A stretch of 64,000 nucleotides of DNA from Rhina ancylostomus (lineage: Eukaryota). The translations under genes were made by a program, and so were the position numbers. This document shows positions 26,176-40,740 of this stretch, one piece after another. The notes beneath the pieces are model-generated. The model saw nothing but the letters and a program-made list of their open reading frames with translations. It was not told the origin of the DNA and did no database searches. The stretch spans positions 43,013,614-43,077,613 of the forward strand of contig JARFYF010000084.1 in NCBI GenBank assembly GCA_030265395.1, in the 5' to 3' direction. The number at the start of each line of letters is the position of its first letter. Position 1 is the first letter of the stretch.

Positions 26176-26659
26176 CTACAAACCTGGAAAAACTGAACAG
26201 AATACTCATGGTATGTACTGCACCCAATTGTGCAGTGCATTTGGCCCTTGATTACCATATTTAACAGGTTTAGGCAAGTGCCCTGGGCATTTAACTGTTG
26301 CCAGATTGGCAGACACCATAACTTGGCAACCACTGCCACCCAACTCCCCACCAAATTACATTCCCTCCACACGGTTCTCCTGTATAAATATAAGCTCAGT
26401 TTCTCTCATGTATTTCAAACAATGGGAAAACATTATAAATCATAAAATAATTTTGAATCCGAAGGAGATGGAAGTATTGGTTTGCCAGTGAGTACTAGGC
26501 AGGAATGTAGTAATATTCACAAATTTGCCCCACAACTTTAATGCCCATGTTTTCATCATTTCTTTTTGGTTCTAATGAAAAGTTTTGATATGAAACTTTA
26601 TTTTTTTTCTTTTTGTTGTTAGAGCTGCCATCTCATTCCATCATATTCATTTTAGAGTC

Positions 26660-26975
26660 ATAAAGCCATACACATGGAAACAAGCCCATGCCAACCATAA
26701 AAAAAACATTTAAGCTAATCCTGCACTAATCCCATTTTATTCCCCCCACATTCCCATCAACTCCCCCAGATTCTACCACTTATCCACACAAGAGGGGCAA
26801 TTTGCAATGGCCAATTAACCTACCAACCTGCATCTTTTTGGCATATGGGAGGTAACTGGAGGAATCCCATGAGGTCACAGGGAGAGCATGCAAACTCCAT
26901 GCAGACTGCACCAAAGGTCAGGATTGAACCCCTGGATCTGTGAGGTAGCAGCTCTACTAGCTGTTTCACTGTGCT
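26660..26975 (-). mobile_element. tRNA-derived SINE with CR1-like tail
   Basis: gaggtcacagggagagcatgcaaactcc...aggattgaacccctgg. Confidence 0.7.
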
Positions 26976-27954
26976 GCAGCTAGTAACGATGTGTGTATTT
27001 CTTTCTCATTAATATTTTTTGTCAGAATTTGTCCCAAGAATTTATCTCCAAAATCCAACCTTTTCTGTAAGATCCATTACATAATAGAGAAGGAAAGAGG
27101 TGATCTTAAGCCTATCGCTTTGTGCCAAATTGCCATCCACATCCTAGGGATAAAAAGGTTTGTTATAATCATGTGCTCTACCAGTCCCATATCTAATTTC
27201 AACTTAAATATAATGTTATTTCCTTTAATGTCACTCATCTCTAATTAAAAATGGATTTGAACCCCAAATCTGTACCTGAACACACAATTTGGCTGACATT
27301 GCATGCAATTATATAGGAGAGAGTTGGATTGTCAGAATTCTCATATTTTCCCTTCGTATTTCCAAAACCCTGATTTGTCCAAGCTGTTGGATCAGATGGA
27401 TGTTAAAGGTGCTGTGGCATTATTCTAAGAAGAATGCAGAGCAAAATGCCCCCTCAGCCAAGTCATTTTAACTGATAATTTACCTCAGTGTTGTTTGTGA
27501 GATCTTGTTATCTGCAAAATTGATGCCATTTTTGTCTAGTCAATATATATATACCTCTACTGTAAAAGCAATTCTTTGTATGTGAAGCATTCTGTTATGT
27601 TTCTTAGAGTTTTGGTAAAGCACATCTTATTGCCAAATGTTGCTGAAATAATTTCAGTTTCCAAATTGCTTCCCAACTCATATTCCACCTTCTACAAGAA
27701 TTCTCTTCCCACTATATTACATAAATGTATTTAATGATAATTATTTACTTAAATATAAATTTTAAATTTTGTGCGATTACCAAGAACAAAGGTAATTTAC
27801 CAATCATTTTCTTGAGTGCTCTGTCTCACTAAATCTAGACGGAAATGTTTGTGAAGACTCTTGTTAAAGTTCAGATCTTCCAGACAACCCAACCCTTTGA
27901 TACGAAAAAGTCATGAATATGGTCTTGCATTTAATGAATGTTTCCCTTCCACAG

Positions 27955-28040
27955 GTTATCACGATGGTCACATCGTAATAAAGTGGTTCTGGACAGCTGT
28001 GGAGCACTTCAACAATGAGCAGCGTCTCCGGCTTTTACAG
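27955..28040 (+). CDS. HECW1: HECW1 exon ((G)[28 protein letters not shown])
   Basis: Acceptor tttcccttccacAG and donor GTACAA; 86 nt. It starts mid-codon (needs 1 nt from the previous exon) and encodes the start of the HECT C-lobe. Confidence 0.95.
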
Positions 28041-28485
28041 GTACAAAATAGCAGCGATTGTGTAATCTTTTTTAATGTCACATGGCTCGTAAGGCTGGGT
28101 GCTAGTCCTAACATTTTGGTTTGAGAGATGTTTTTAACACATTTGTTTAACATTTCTTATAATTGTTTTTAAGAGCCAAAATTGCTGTGTTGAATCAGTT
28201 AACAGCTCTGTTAAAGTAATGAGTAGAAGAATGCAATTATTGTTGCTAACTATCGTTGTAAATGGCCATTTCTAGTTTAGAAGTTTACTAAAGAGCAAAA
28301 CATGCTGATTAAAATACTTGAAGACTATTATTTGAAATAATTTTAAAAAGCAACGTGAAATATTGACCTGAGACCAGTTCTGGTCAGTCTAACTCTATGC
28401 AAGATATTGTCAGACAGTTGTACTGTTCAGGTTTACAAGTTATAATGAGATCTAGTTATTTACATTGTGAGCCACTGTAGATTAA

Positions 28486-28701
<216 letters not shown>

Positions 28702-30844
28702 TAGGAATGAGATGATAAGACCTGCTGATTTTTTGATCACCTGAATCAATGCTGCATAGTATTTATTTGCTGGGTGATATGATTTGCATAACCCTAATTT
28801 CTTGCCCCTCTCTCCTCATTTCCTACGACGAAGAATTGTGTCCAGGACTGATACTGAACACAAATTGCCTTTATAAAATTCCTGAAATAAATAGGCAACA
28901 GTAACAGTAGATCTCATGAATTTTTGCAGAGTCCACTTTGACAATAATTTACAAAAAATTAATTGTTGTATGACAACTAATTAAAACAATGCCCTGGAAG
29001 GTAGTATTGTCCTTCATACATGAAAGATGTAATTTCTGCAACACTCTATTTTTAGTGTACAATTGAACATATTTTCACTGTTGTTCCTTGCATTATTTTA
29101 ACATATTTGGAAATCTGTTTAGAATAAACACCTTTAAAAGCTCTAGTAGTAGAGTTCAGGTTGGAATATAGTGAAAGTGAAAGCAATTAGTTCCATCAGT
29201 GCCGATCGTAATACTCAATTAAATCTTCAAAACAAAGAAAAAATACTCAGTCTTCAATAAATGGCCTGCAATTTCATTACGACCTGAATTAGAATTTTGG
29301 CTTTAAAAAGGTCTGCCCCCCAGTGCAGCTAATCAAGCAGGACTTATGGACATGAGATTCCACTAGTCAAGTGGAAGTCCTATCTTTCACACTACTGTCC
29401 CTGTATCAGGCAGGACATGGGAGCTGACAAGTTGGCTTCAGCCTTACTGGGCTCTGGAGGGGCTGAATATTTTCCTTTTGCCTCTGGGTGCCAAAGAGCA
29501 ACTGGCTGTGGGATCTCAGATGCCAGTGAAGGACTTGAGTAGATGTTGACAACCTATCAACGTGACAGAAATAACACCCTGTGTCTGGTGTTGAATGTAA
29601 GGTTACTTTTAATGCTTGAGTGGATGTGGAGTGGGTGGAGAAGGTACCTCCTCTCCACCTTACTTGCCAGGTGGCTTTCAAACCTTTAGTACAAGTTATT
29701 TTTTAATTTATAAGTAAAATCTAAAGGTAAGGTGAATATTAGTTTTGCATTTACAATGAACTGTAAGTCTAAACTGAAGTTTGCTTTTCTGCGTGCTGAG
29801 TGCACTCATTAAACTCCTTTGTCAGTTGCACCAGGACTAAGACAATTACTGAAAGGGGGAAATGGTTACTGAGAGATGACAGCCAGTTATTCAAATTTAA
29901 AAGGCAGAACAAATTAAGGAAATTAAATAACAGAACGAGTTTGAAGAATTAGACCCCACAAGCTGCTAGGGATCATGTTATACCGTAAACAATGTTGAAC
30001 GTACAATGGCCTCATAACTAAATGCCGACCATTAGGAAAATAATGGATTTTATTTTTGATAACTGACAAATACCTAATTAAAGCACCAGCATTTTAAAAT
30101 GGCTAGGATTTAACAAAACTGCTTAAATGCTTGATGCAAAATGCATAATTGTTCAGCATTTATATGTTCATGCATTAATTGTTAAATCTTCAGTGGCCAT
30201 TGTATCATTTCTGGAGCTAAATAGAACTGCAAATATATCATTGGTTTTATTTTATTAAAGGGTGCTCACACTTTTCAAATACTTGCTTTCTCTCAGTTAA
30301 CTTATCAAACCCTACTAATACATTGTAAATTTCAGGCTGATTTCAGAAGAGGAGAAGGGAACTCCAGTTCACCATCAACTAAAACAGTTAAAATAACAGT
30401 CCTGCAATTGTACAGGTTCACCCAAGTTGCCCACCTCTTTGTTTCAGACACTGTGATGAGGATATTGGAAAAGTCAAATATAAATGGAAAATTCTTTTGT
30501 AGAAGGTAAAGGTAAACAATTAATTTTCTATCACTGCAGTCTTAGTACCCTAAGACCAAGGCAGAACCTATATCAGGTTCAGGGACTGCCTTCAGACATT
30601 CTGCCTTTCAGAAAAGGAGGGAGCAGAAATATATCCTAGATTCCCAGCCAGATTTTGGTGCAAAAAAGTAAATGAGCCACTCTGCAGCAGATCTGGTTCT
30701 CTCCAGGTGGACTGTACTTTGTCTTGTCTCCCCCAGCCTGAGAGTTTTGACCCTATAATTCTGATATAAATGATCAGAGGAGCTTACTTCAAAAGTTGAT
30801 TGATCATTGCAGAGGACTTCAAAGAGTTAACTGTATTAACCTGT

Positions 30845-31544
30845 GGCCCAGATTTTGTGGTCAGCAGCAGAACAATATCACTGCCACCTGTCACAAAAGA
30901 AAGTTGGCCACAAAGCTTGTGATATCTGTGGCATGGGTGTCTACTTTTCTAATGTTGGCTGCCGTCTAGGATCGATTGAAGAGAATTCTCTGGTGTCCAG
31001 TGATACTATGTCCTGAGCAGCCAATTAATCAGCAAAAACTCTCAATAAAGCAGGAAATAAAAAGACTAATTTTTAGACCCACCAGGAATCAAAATAAAGG
31101 TGAGTACAACAACACAAGATTACAGTAGCACCTGAAAAATAAATTTTTTTTGGGAACAATGGAATTTTGAACAATCTGAGGTAGGGACATATAAGTATGA
31201 TCAGTTTTTTTGGGCCAGAGAGATTGTTAATAAGTATTTACAGCTTAGTATGCCATTAAATAAGTTGTAACTGATTCAACAAGGTGTAATATTTTCATGG
31301 TTTTTAACAGGGAGAATAAATTGTAAATAGTTGAAACTTCTGTCAATTCTCTGATTTCCATAGATTACACCCGAGAATGCTCCAACATTAACACCTTCAG
31401 TAGAGTAGGAATTGTTGACAGCAGTTTCTGGATCTCTCTGTTTAACTAGGCATGCATATAATCTAGGATTTGCTGTCAGATTTCCTTCATTATAACTGTG
31501 GCTGCTGGGAGTAACACCATATTTCTCATTGCAAATTCAGGGCT
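30845..31544. mobile_element. Putative non-autonomous Harbinger-type MITE
   Basis: Imperfect terminal inverted repeats ggcccagattttg and gcaaattcagggct; no coding capacity. Confidence 0.4.
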
Positions 31545-32454
31545 TTATATTCACAGCTAAGAGCTGGTAGATATGCTAGAGCAGGACAAATACAATAATC
31601 AAAAAATGGAAGCTCCCAAAGAGGCTGAGAACAGAAAGATTCAGCTGAAACATCAGCAGCAGTTTTCTACAGTAAAGTGTANNNNNNNNNNGCTGTGCTT
31701 AAAGGGGCTTTCACATCTTTCAGGTCCAAGTCTGCATCATGGAAAGGCAAGCTAACTTTGGCATTTATTCTGTGAACTGGTTCTGACCACCATATAGTTT
31801 GGCCAGAGTATACAGACAGTATTGCCACCATGACATTTTCAGCACTGCTTCTCTATGGATTACAATCTGTAATATATTAAGTATTATTATTGTACAAAAT
31901 AATTCACTTATGCAGATGCATTTGTTGCCTTGACACAAATGAACTGCATGATGCAAGCCAACTATTGCATGGGACTGGCTCAGTGTAATAGTAGGCTTGC
32001 ATTGTGCATATAATTTGTGTCAAGATGTAGGTGCATCAGTGTATTAAGCTGAGGCTGTATAATAACAATGCTGACAGAGGAGAAATCATAGCTGTGGTCA
32101 GGGAGACCAGGCAAGATGGAGGGCAGCAGCTGAATCAAGGAATCAAGGCTGGCTTGTGCTGTCAACTGCACCCAGACCTGCATTTTAGGACATAACATAA
32201 CATCAATAATATTGAAGTACTTTAGGAGACTTCTGAGCTCTGGAGAATAGCTAACACATGTGGGACCATCACTTACCTGTTGCTTTGCAAACAGGCCTGT
32301 CAACTGATCCCAAAAAAAAAATGCACTCTCATGCAGGATACTGAGAAACCTTTTGGTCAACCAAGAATACTTAGTGATGCACGGCATGAAGTAGGTAAGA
32401 GTGAGGCAGGAAAGCAAGACAGAACAAGCAAGAAAATGAGGATCAAAATACAAA

Positions 32455-32648
32455 TTGCTCTGCTGGAGGAGCTCAGTGGGTCAGGCAGCATCTGTAGAGG
32501 GAAATGGACAGTTGACTTTTCAGATGAATGAGTCCAGTTGAAGGGTCTCGACCTGAAATGTTGACAGTCCATTTCATGCTGTAGATGCTGCCTGATTCAC
32601 TGAGTTCCTCCAGCAGTTTGTTTTTTGCTATAGATTCCAGCGTCTACA
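32455..32648. mobile_element. Fold-back Penelope-derived element
   Basis: Arms ~32460-32516 and ~32560-32616 are inverted; the centre is gaagggtctcgacctgaaatgttgac. Confidence 0.8.
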
Positions 32649-32649
32649 T

Positions 32650-33995
32650 GATGGCATATATCCCAGAATATTGAAAGAAGCAAGTGAGGAGATTGCTGGG
32701 GCTTTGACAAAGAGCTTTGCATCCTCACTAGCAACAGGCAAGGTCCCAGAGGACTGGAGAGTTGTAAACGTTGTGCTTTTGTTCAATAAGAGAAATGGGG
32801 ATAATCTAAGTAATTATGGGTCAGTGGGCCTCACGTCAATGGTAGGGAAGCTATTAGAGCAGAAACTTAGGGATAGGATTTATGCACATTTGGAAAGGCA
32901 AGGCCTGCTTAGGGACAGTCAGCATGGGTTTGCCTTCCAAATTGAGGGGGTGACAAAGGTGCTTGATGAGGGTAAGGCAGTGGACATTAACTACATGGAC
33001 TTTAGTAAGGCATTTGACAAGGTCCCTCATGGTAGGTTGATTCAGAAGATAAAATGCATGGGATCCAGGGTGAATTGCAAGTTGGATTCGGAACTGGCTT
33101 GCCCATAGAAGATGGAAAGTAGGGGCGGAAGGCTGTTTTTCTGGCTGGAGGTCCGTGACTAATGGTGTTCCACAAGGATTGGTGCTGGGACCTCTGTTGT
33201 TTGTGATATATATCAATGATTTGAATGAAAATATATATGGATGGATTAGCAAGTTTGCAGATGACACCAAAATTGGACAGTGTAAAGGACTATCAAAGAA
33301 TTCAGCAGGATATAGATCAGTTACAGATATGGGCAGAAAAGTTGGCAGATGGAGTTCAATCCAGGCACGTGTGAGGTGTTGCACTTTGGGAGGACATATG
33401 AAAGGAGAAAGTACACAGTAAATGGTAGGCCCCTTAATCGCAATGAACTACAGAGGGATCTTGGGGTCCAAGTCCATAGGTCACTGAGAGTGGCTATGCA
33501 AGAGGATAAGGTGGTAAAGGTGTAGTATGGCATGCTTGCCTTCATTGGTAGAGGTGTTGATATAAAAGTAAGGAAGTCATGCTGCAGCTATATAAAACTT
33601 TACTCAGACCGCACTTGCAGTATTGCATGCAGTTCTGATAGCTCCGTTATAGGAAGGATGTGGAGAATGTGGAAAGGATGCAGAAGAGGTTTACCAGGAT
33701 GCTGCCTGGCTTAGAGACTATGGCCTATGAAGAAAGGTTGGGCAAACTTATGTTGTTCTCCTTAGAGCATCGGAAGCTGAAGGGAGACCTGATAGAGGTT
33801 TTTAAAATTATGAGAGGCATAAATAGGGTAGACAGTCAGAATTTTTTCCCTAAGGTAGAAATATCAAACACCAGAGGGCATGCTCTTAAGGCTAGAGGGG
33901 AGATGTTTAAAGGCGAAGTGAGGGGCAAGTTTTTTATGCGGAGTGGTAGGGTGGGGCCAAATAGCCTGCCCAGTGCTGTACTGTTCTACAGCCTC
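32650..33995 (+). mobile_element. CR1 LINE ORF2 (reverse transcriptase) fragment, frameshifted
   Basis: Reads VPEDWRVVNV, SQHGF, YMDFSKAFDKVPHGRL, GVPQGLVLGPLLF and KFADDTKIG, then C-terminal KRFTRMLPGL. Confidence 0.92.
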
Positions 33996-35881
33996 TTGTA
34001 TCTTCAGGCAAATGAGGATGGTGGAAGTGTTCCAGGTATGTGGCTGATTTGATTGAAAAGACGAGTTAAGTTTTTTTGAAGGAAACCAAAGACAACAGCA
34101 ATTTTCATGGTCAATCATTCAGATAAACTTGGGTATCACTTATCAGCCTTTTTGATAAATTAGATAATACACAGAAGTAGAAGTGTCAGTACGATGTGCA
34201 TTGTAAGTTACGATATTATGAAAATAAAATTACAAGGTTATCATGTTTGATAATTGTCAGCTGGAAAGCTTGTGATATGATAACTATCTTGGTTTCATTG
34301 ACAAATTGAGAGTGTAGTACGGATTAAGGAGATAAAGACTTTGATTTGAATGTGGTCTACCTTTTGCCATTTTCTTTTACTTTATGCCTGTCCAGTTCTG
34401 CTTAAATTGATTTGTTTTCAGCAGTGGCCTTGGGCCTATCAGTTAATTGTGATATTTTCGTGGAGAAGACAACAATTCACACCAGCAGAGAAACACCAGC
34501 CACAGGAGTAACGAACCTTTCCCACCAGCTTCAGCATGAATGTGGAGTCAGTATTGGAGCTTCTGGGGAAGGAGACACTGCAAGGAGTGAGAAATAAGGA
34601 AGCAGGAGTGAGTTGCATATTCAAGTTTGAAAAGACATTCTGATTCTCTTCCTCATCATCATTTTATAGTTTCCTCCAACACCTTCAGAAAATTAATTAT
34701 GAACTAAAGTCCCATTTCTTGTTAATGTAAATTCAGCTTCTCAACAATGTACACTAATCTCTCATCCTCTTTATGTCCTCTAGAGGTGTCTCTGAGACCT
34801 GAAGAAAGAGAAGATAATGAAACATCCTTCTTTACATCCAGTTGTACCAGAACAAATTCACTGATATTCACTCTTAACCCCTTCACGCACATGCCCAGAG
34901 AGATTTATCTAAGGGGTGGAAAAGCCAGGGTCACCAAAAGTGAGTTTACAGGGGCATGGAATGAACAGCAAGCAAGAGTAGAAGGAAAACATTTAAAAAA
35001 AGATATGCTTGACCATTGAGTCAGGAAGTAGCAAATCTTGACAGAATGATGTGGAGTTCATATTCCAAAGGCTCGAAAAGATTCCAAATCTTTTACATGA
35101 ATGATACTTTCAGAGCATCAAATACATGCTGTTAGGACCATTAACCCATGGGATACTGGTATGGAGATATTGCTTTGCAATGGATGGTTATGTCTCCTTC
35201 TTTTGTTCCACAAATGGAAATTAAATGAGCTACGTTTAGAAAAAAAAACAAGATTAGAAGAATAAAGCCCCATCTCAGGAAGCACAAGTATAAGGGGAAT
35301 GGGACTGATCTTGGGGAGGTCATGTAAGGCTATGTTGGAAAAAATGCTGATGCTAGAAATCTTTTTTGGTCCTGCTGTTGATGTTCTATCTCTACAGGAT
35401 CAAGATAGATGCACTCTGGACTGGAGCACACCATTCAATCAGGACTATTAATATGCATTATAACCTTGGGTAATGTGGAAAGTAAATCTCCAATTAAATC
35501 AGATTGGAACCAATGCTTGGCAAATTAATAATCCAGAGTGGTAGATAAGTCTTTAAACTACTTAATTGGATGGAAGGATTCAGAAAAGGGTAAACTCAAA
35601 AATAGTAACAAAAATGTCAAAGCTGTTGAGCGGTGTAAAGAATTTGGTAAAAATAAGGAAGGCTCAGAAAGCAACAAAAGATAATAGACATTGATGTTTA
35701 AGGTGCCAGAAGGGAAAAATAGAAAAAAAAGTTCAAAATAAAATAGGTGAAATAACAGGACAAAGATGCATAAGTTTAATCTAATAGTCATTATGTCAAT
35801 GTGATATGGAATAACTAAGAGTAGTTACTAAACATTGCAGTAAACTTGACATTTTAGAATAAATAGACAAAATGGAAAAGG

Positions 35882-36010
35882 AGACCCGAGGCTGCAGATG
35901 CTGACATCTGTAGCAGCAAACAATCTACTGGATAACTCAGCGGGTCAAGCAGCATCTGTGGGAGAAAAGGAATCGTCGATGTTTTGCATCAAAACTCTGC
36001 ATCAGGATGG
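35882..36010 (-). mobile_element. Short Penelope-derived element with 13-bp TSD
   Basis: AAAATGGAAAAGG at 35869-35881 and 36011-36023. Minus strand reads cctgatgcagagttttgatgcaaaacatcgacg.... Confidence 0.8.
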
Positions 36011-36454
36011 AAAATGGAAAAGGTGGTAGCAGGAGGGGGCTGGCCCTGATAGTAAAGTCTGAGAAGAGAAAAGCCCAGAAATGAGTGCATGTAGCAATTT
36101 TCTACTTTGGTGCTATGCTACAAAATACATCACCCATTTTCCCTGGAGTCAATTGTGCTAGCGATTATTTCTGGGTGCAATCACGTGGCTTATGCAAGGT
36201 ACTTCCTAGTGTGATCTACATTAGGGTGACTGACACTTACCCATCATCATCTCAGTGATATCATAATTCATGTAATGCACATTTTCACCTGTACCAATAT
36301 AAATTAGAGTCCAAAGTTTCACACAACAGGCATTGTGGAACAGTCTCACTTGAACTCCTGCACTTTGTGCTATTTCCTTGCTATTTAACTGGATGTTCTA
36401 CTGAGATAAGGAAAGCTGACAACACACCTTCAGGACTGACTGCTTTCTGTTCAG

Positions 36455-36800
36455 ACACCTTCAAAGGTCCAAAGTGCTTGCTACAGCCGTGGAAGGTTTT
36501 AGACTGCAGGAAGATATCAATGGCCTGCTCAATTGGGCAGAATAGAGGCATATGGAATTTAATCCAGAGAAGTGTGATATAATGAATTTAAGGGGGTTCA
36601 AAAATACAAAGGAACACATGACACATGGAAGTGATTTGAGAGGTGTGGAAGAACAGAGGGACCTTGACTTATAGGTACACAATTCCTAAAGGTAGCAGGA
36701 CTAGTCAATGAAATAGTTAAAAAAGCATTTGAAATGCTTTTTTTTTGTTTGCCAGGCATAGAATATGAGAACAGAGATGAAATGCTAGAATTGCTAGTGT
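36455..36800 (+). mobile_element. Old CR1 RT fragment
   Basis: agactgcaggaagatatcaatgg...atggaatttaatccagagaagtgtga...gaacagagggaccttg. Confidence 0.65.
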
Positions 36801-37989
36801 CATTAACAGGCCACACACTGACCCTTAAGAAATTGTCTCCTGCTGACCCACTTATTTCTGACATTCTCATACACTTCATCCATCTTTTCCTAGAATAGTG
36901 CTCATTCCTGAGTCCATCTACCACTTTCTCCTGATCACTCAACTTCTTTCCTCGCTCAGCTGCCTATTCTATGGTTCTGCCTTTTCCTCTTCATCCTACA
37001 TGCCAACAGCCACATCATTTTTTCCAGGTGAAGACTTAAATGTTGACCCTTGTGTTCATAATTTAGACTCCTGCAAAGAACTGTCTTCTTCCAGGATAAC
37101 CCAAACCTTTCTTTCCTTCAGAGGTAATTTACTGGTGATATAAATCATCACCTACTCGTCCAAAGTCTCCTCACCTTTGTCTCTTGTTATCACTCTGTCT
37201 TGCTCTTGGCTCCAGGACTGGTCTCCCTCTGCCTACCTCTGTTGACAGTAGTCCAGTAATTGAATCATTGCCGGCTGTGCAGAAGTCCTGACTTGGTATT
37301 TTTAGTAAGTGATGAAAAGAACAGAATTCCTTATTCTGTGGTGAAATACTTGAGGTTGAGACATTGCAGTAATCTTAAAGTAACAGTTGAGATTAGGATA
37401 TCCTTCCTTTCATCTCTACCTTTCTATATTATGAGCTGAGACTTGTATATGTTTATGACTGTCCCAGTGGTCAACTTACATTGACAAACCAAACCACTTT
37501 TTGTCTGACTGCAGTACCTTTATGGCTGAGAGGTTTTACTTTTGAGGTTAAAAAAAACTCCATTACCATAAATAGAGACAGCAGCTTTCTCTTTGTTCTA
37601 AAACTAAGCTTCATAATGCCCCTCCCTTGTTGACCAAAGCAAAGAATGCTTCAATGTTCTCCCCCATTCCCTGTCTGGTGTCTGTGTCATTGTTTAAAAC
37701 AGTTTTTAATGTTACATAATTATAGTTTTGAACCATCACAATAGCCTCCTTTCTATCAACTTTCCCGGTGACGTCTGCCACAGCGTGAATAAGAGGTACA
37801 CCTGGAATTTTGGCACAGCCATTCCTAAACACCTGGAGGGAGACTCTACAAACTTTTCCCCCGTTACTCAATCTATTTCAATACAGGTATCCAAAGGGAG
37901 TTTGAAAGTTTCATTATGCAGCACTAACACAGTTTCAATGAAATACATTAAATTTTTTAAAAAATCTTTAAAAATTTTATTTACAGCGT

Positions 37990-38200
37990 TGTAACAGGCC
38001 CTTCCGGCACAACAAGTCCGTACCGCCCATTTTAAAACCATATTAACCTATCTATACGTCTTTGGAATGTGGGAGGAAACCAGAGCACCCAGAGGAAACC
38101 CACACAGACACGGGAGAATGTATAAGCTGCTTACAGACAGCGATGGGAATCGAACCCTGATCACTGGCGCTGTAATAGTGTCGCGCTAACCGCTACACTT
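37990..38200 (-). mobile_element. tRNA-derived SINE (relatively young, CpGs retained)
   Basis: Minus strand gtgtagcggttagcgcgacactattacagcgccagtgatcagggttcgattccc contains A and B boxes. Confidence 0.85.
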
Positions 38201-38749
38201 GCTCTTCTCAGTATTCAGTGCAAGGCATAATCTGTCCTCTTCTTCTAAATCTGATCTGTCTATATCATGGTGTAGGGAATTGGTTGGTATTTAAATACCA
38301 AATGGTGATTGGAAAAGTAGCCACGCAGAGGTGGTCACTAGGTATAGCATTGTGACTCTTCCCTGCCCATTCATTCCTCCCGTCTTGATAGGTGTTGGGC
38401 TACTGGTTCTGACTCATTCCTCTGGCTTGTACCTCATTTTTGTGGTTTATGTCTCAATCTTGTACCATATGTTTCAGTCTCCTGGCATGTGGTTTGCTGG
38501 CATGGCAACTACTCCTGTTTCTCTCATCCTGTTGCGATTTATCTCATGGTATGAACCTTATACCACATTCTCCAAGTTATTATCATGGAGTATATGAGGA
38601 AAAGGATCCAAAGAAAGTTTTATTAATTTAATAACAAAGCCAGGGGCTGGTGTAAACTTTTTATGCCAGCAACTGTGTTGTAATGAGATGTCTGGACTTT
38701 TAGTTTTGATTCCTCAACCTTTCTGTGAATTATTATCTTAAATATCTTA

Positions 38750-39015
38750 TTTTAAGGTGAGAGGGGAAAGATGAGAAAGGTGAGAGAGGAGCTGAGGGGC
38801 AAAGGTTTTTCACACAGAAGGCAGTAGATAAATGGAATGAGCTGTAGGAGGAAGTGGCAGAGGCGGGTGAAATCACAACATTTAAAAGACATTTGGACAG
38901 GTACATGAATAGGAAATGTTTAGAGCGATAAGGGGCAAATGCAGCTGAGGATGGCACCTTGGTTGGCATGGATGAGTTGGGCTGAAGAGCCCATATCCAT
39001 GCTCTATAACTCTGT
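38750..39015 (+). mobile_element. CR1 3' end
   Basis: tttaaggtgagaggggaaag...ggttggcatggatgagttgggctgaagagccc. Confidence 0.8.
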
Positions 39016-40019
39016 GAATCTTAGTTTTTCAAGTAGTTATTTCATATTTAAATTCTGCTCCACTAATATTCTCAATTTAATGACCTTTTAACCAGTTTGG
39101 TTATAATTCAAAGATTTTGTTTTCATTTTCTGGATTTCACTAACTACCAGAAAAAATAATTACAGGAGTAATTATTTGTCCAGTCAAATCCTGTTCCCTG
39201 TTTTAAGCATTCTGGTCACTTTGCTTGTTTATTCCTTTTCTACATGGAATATAATCTAAATCTACAAAAACAATTCCCCAATTGTACACACTGGATTTTT
39301 ACCCAATGAAATGCATTTTCTGTACTTCTGTTTTCCGAGCTTTGAGAACAGGCATTCTTAAAGATGAGATCGACAGTTGAGATAGCTATGGAAGTGTTAA
39401 TATTTTGGCTTTTTTAATACATAATCTTTTTATATTCCTGTTTGCTGCTATTATCTGTGCATTTTAGAAACAGAAGACTTGCGTTGAAAGAAATATTTCC
39501 CATAGCACAGCTGCTGACAACAGCTGCTTCCTCAGTGCTTCCAGTGACCACAGTTCTACACAAGGACATTCCATTGGACTGTCAATGGCTATTGTGGATT
39601 TGGAGGAGAAAGAGGAATTTAGACAGGCCGGGGGCAAAGAAAGGAATCTGACTTCCATTAAAATTCAGCCCTGCAATTCAAGCAATTAGGTCCAAGTGCA
39701 TACCAGTTTTGACATATTGAAGAGAATTACCAGCATCAACTGCAGCTCACAAGGGAGGCTATCATCTTTTGGTATTTAATGTAGGGACACAATTCCAAAC
39801 GCTCAGTTCTGTATTACTGTGAAAGTTACCAGAGCCACCGCTTGATTTCAAACCACCACTGAAGGCATTTGATATATTGTTAAGTGATGATGTGTTGATG
39901 CATAATATATATCTTTACCCCTGAGGGAATATCATATTAATAAGTAGAAAGAAGGGACTTGCTGTTTTATAGGGCCTTTCATGGCGTCAGAATGTCTCCT
40001 ACTATTTTGCAGTCAAGGA

Positions 40020-40740
40020 ACTGGATGGGGAGCCAGTGGATGTAGTGCATTTCAGTTTCCAAAAGGCACTGAATAATGTATCAGATAAAAAAGTTACTGC
40101 ACAAGGTAAGGATGCTTGGGGTTAAGGGTAATATATTAGCGCAGATAAATGAACAGAAATTACCCACCAATACTTATGATACAAAGATGGGGAGAAGAGT
40201 GAGTTACGTATAGGACAGAGTCTTCAGAGAGACAATTTACATGAGTGGGCAAAAAAGATGGCAGCTGTGGTATAATGAGGGCGAATGTAAGGTTATCACT
40301 GTGTGGGAAAAGGTACAAGTGCAGATTGCATGAACCTATTAAGTGCTGGTGTTCACAGAGATCAAAGTGACCTCATACATGAAATGTAGAAAGTTAGCAT
40401 AGTGGTACAACAAGTAATTAAGAAGGCAAATGGAATATTGCAAGAGGATGGAGAACAAGAGAGAGGAAGTCCCGCTACAGTATGCAGCATTTTGGTGAGA
40501 CCTCATCTGGAGCACTGCATATAATTTTGTTCATCTTCTTTAAGGAAAGCTATATTTTCTTTGAAGGCAGTGCCCTGAAGGTTTACTAGATTGATTCCTG
40601 AGATGTGGAAGCTATACTGTGAGGAAAGATTGAATAAAATGGGCCTAAACTTGCCAGAATTGGGAAGGAAATAGGTGATTTCATTGAAACATTAAATTTT
40701 GAGGAGTTGAGGTTAGAAACTGTGATGATGTCTTTCCTAT
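40020..40740 (+). mobile_element. Old CR1 RT fragment
   Basis: Degenerate VDVVHFSFQKALNNVS (YLDF.KAFDKV motif) and LVRPHLEHCI. Confidence 0.65.
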
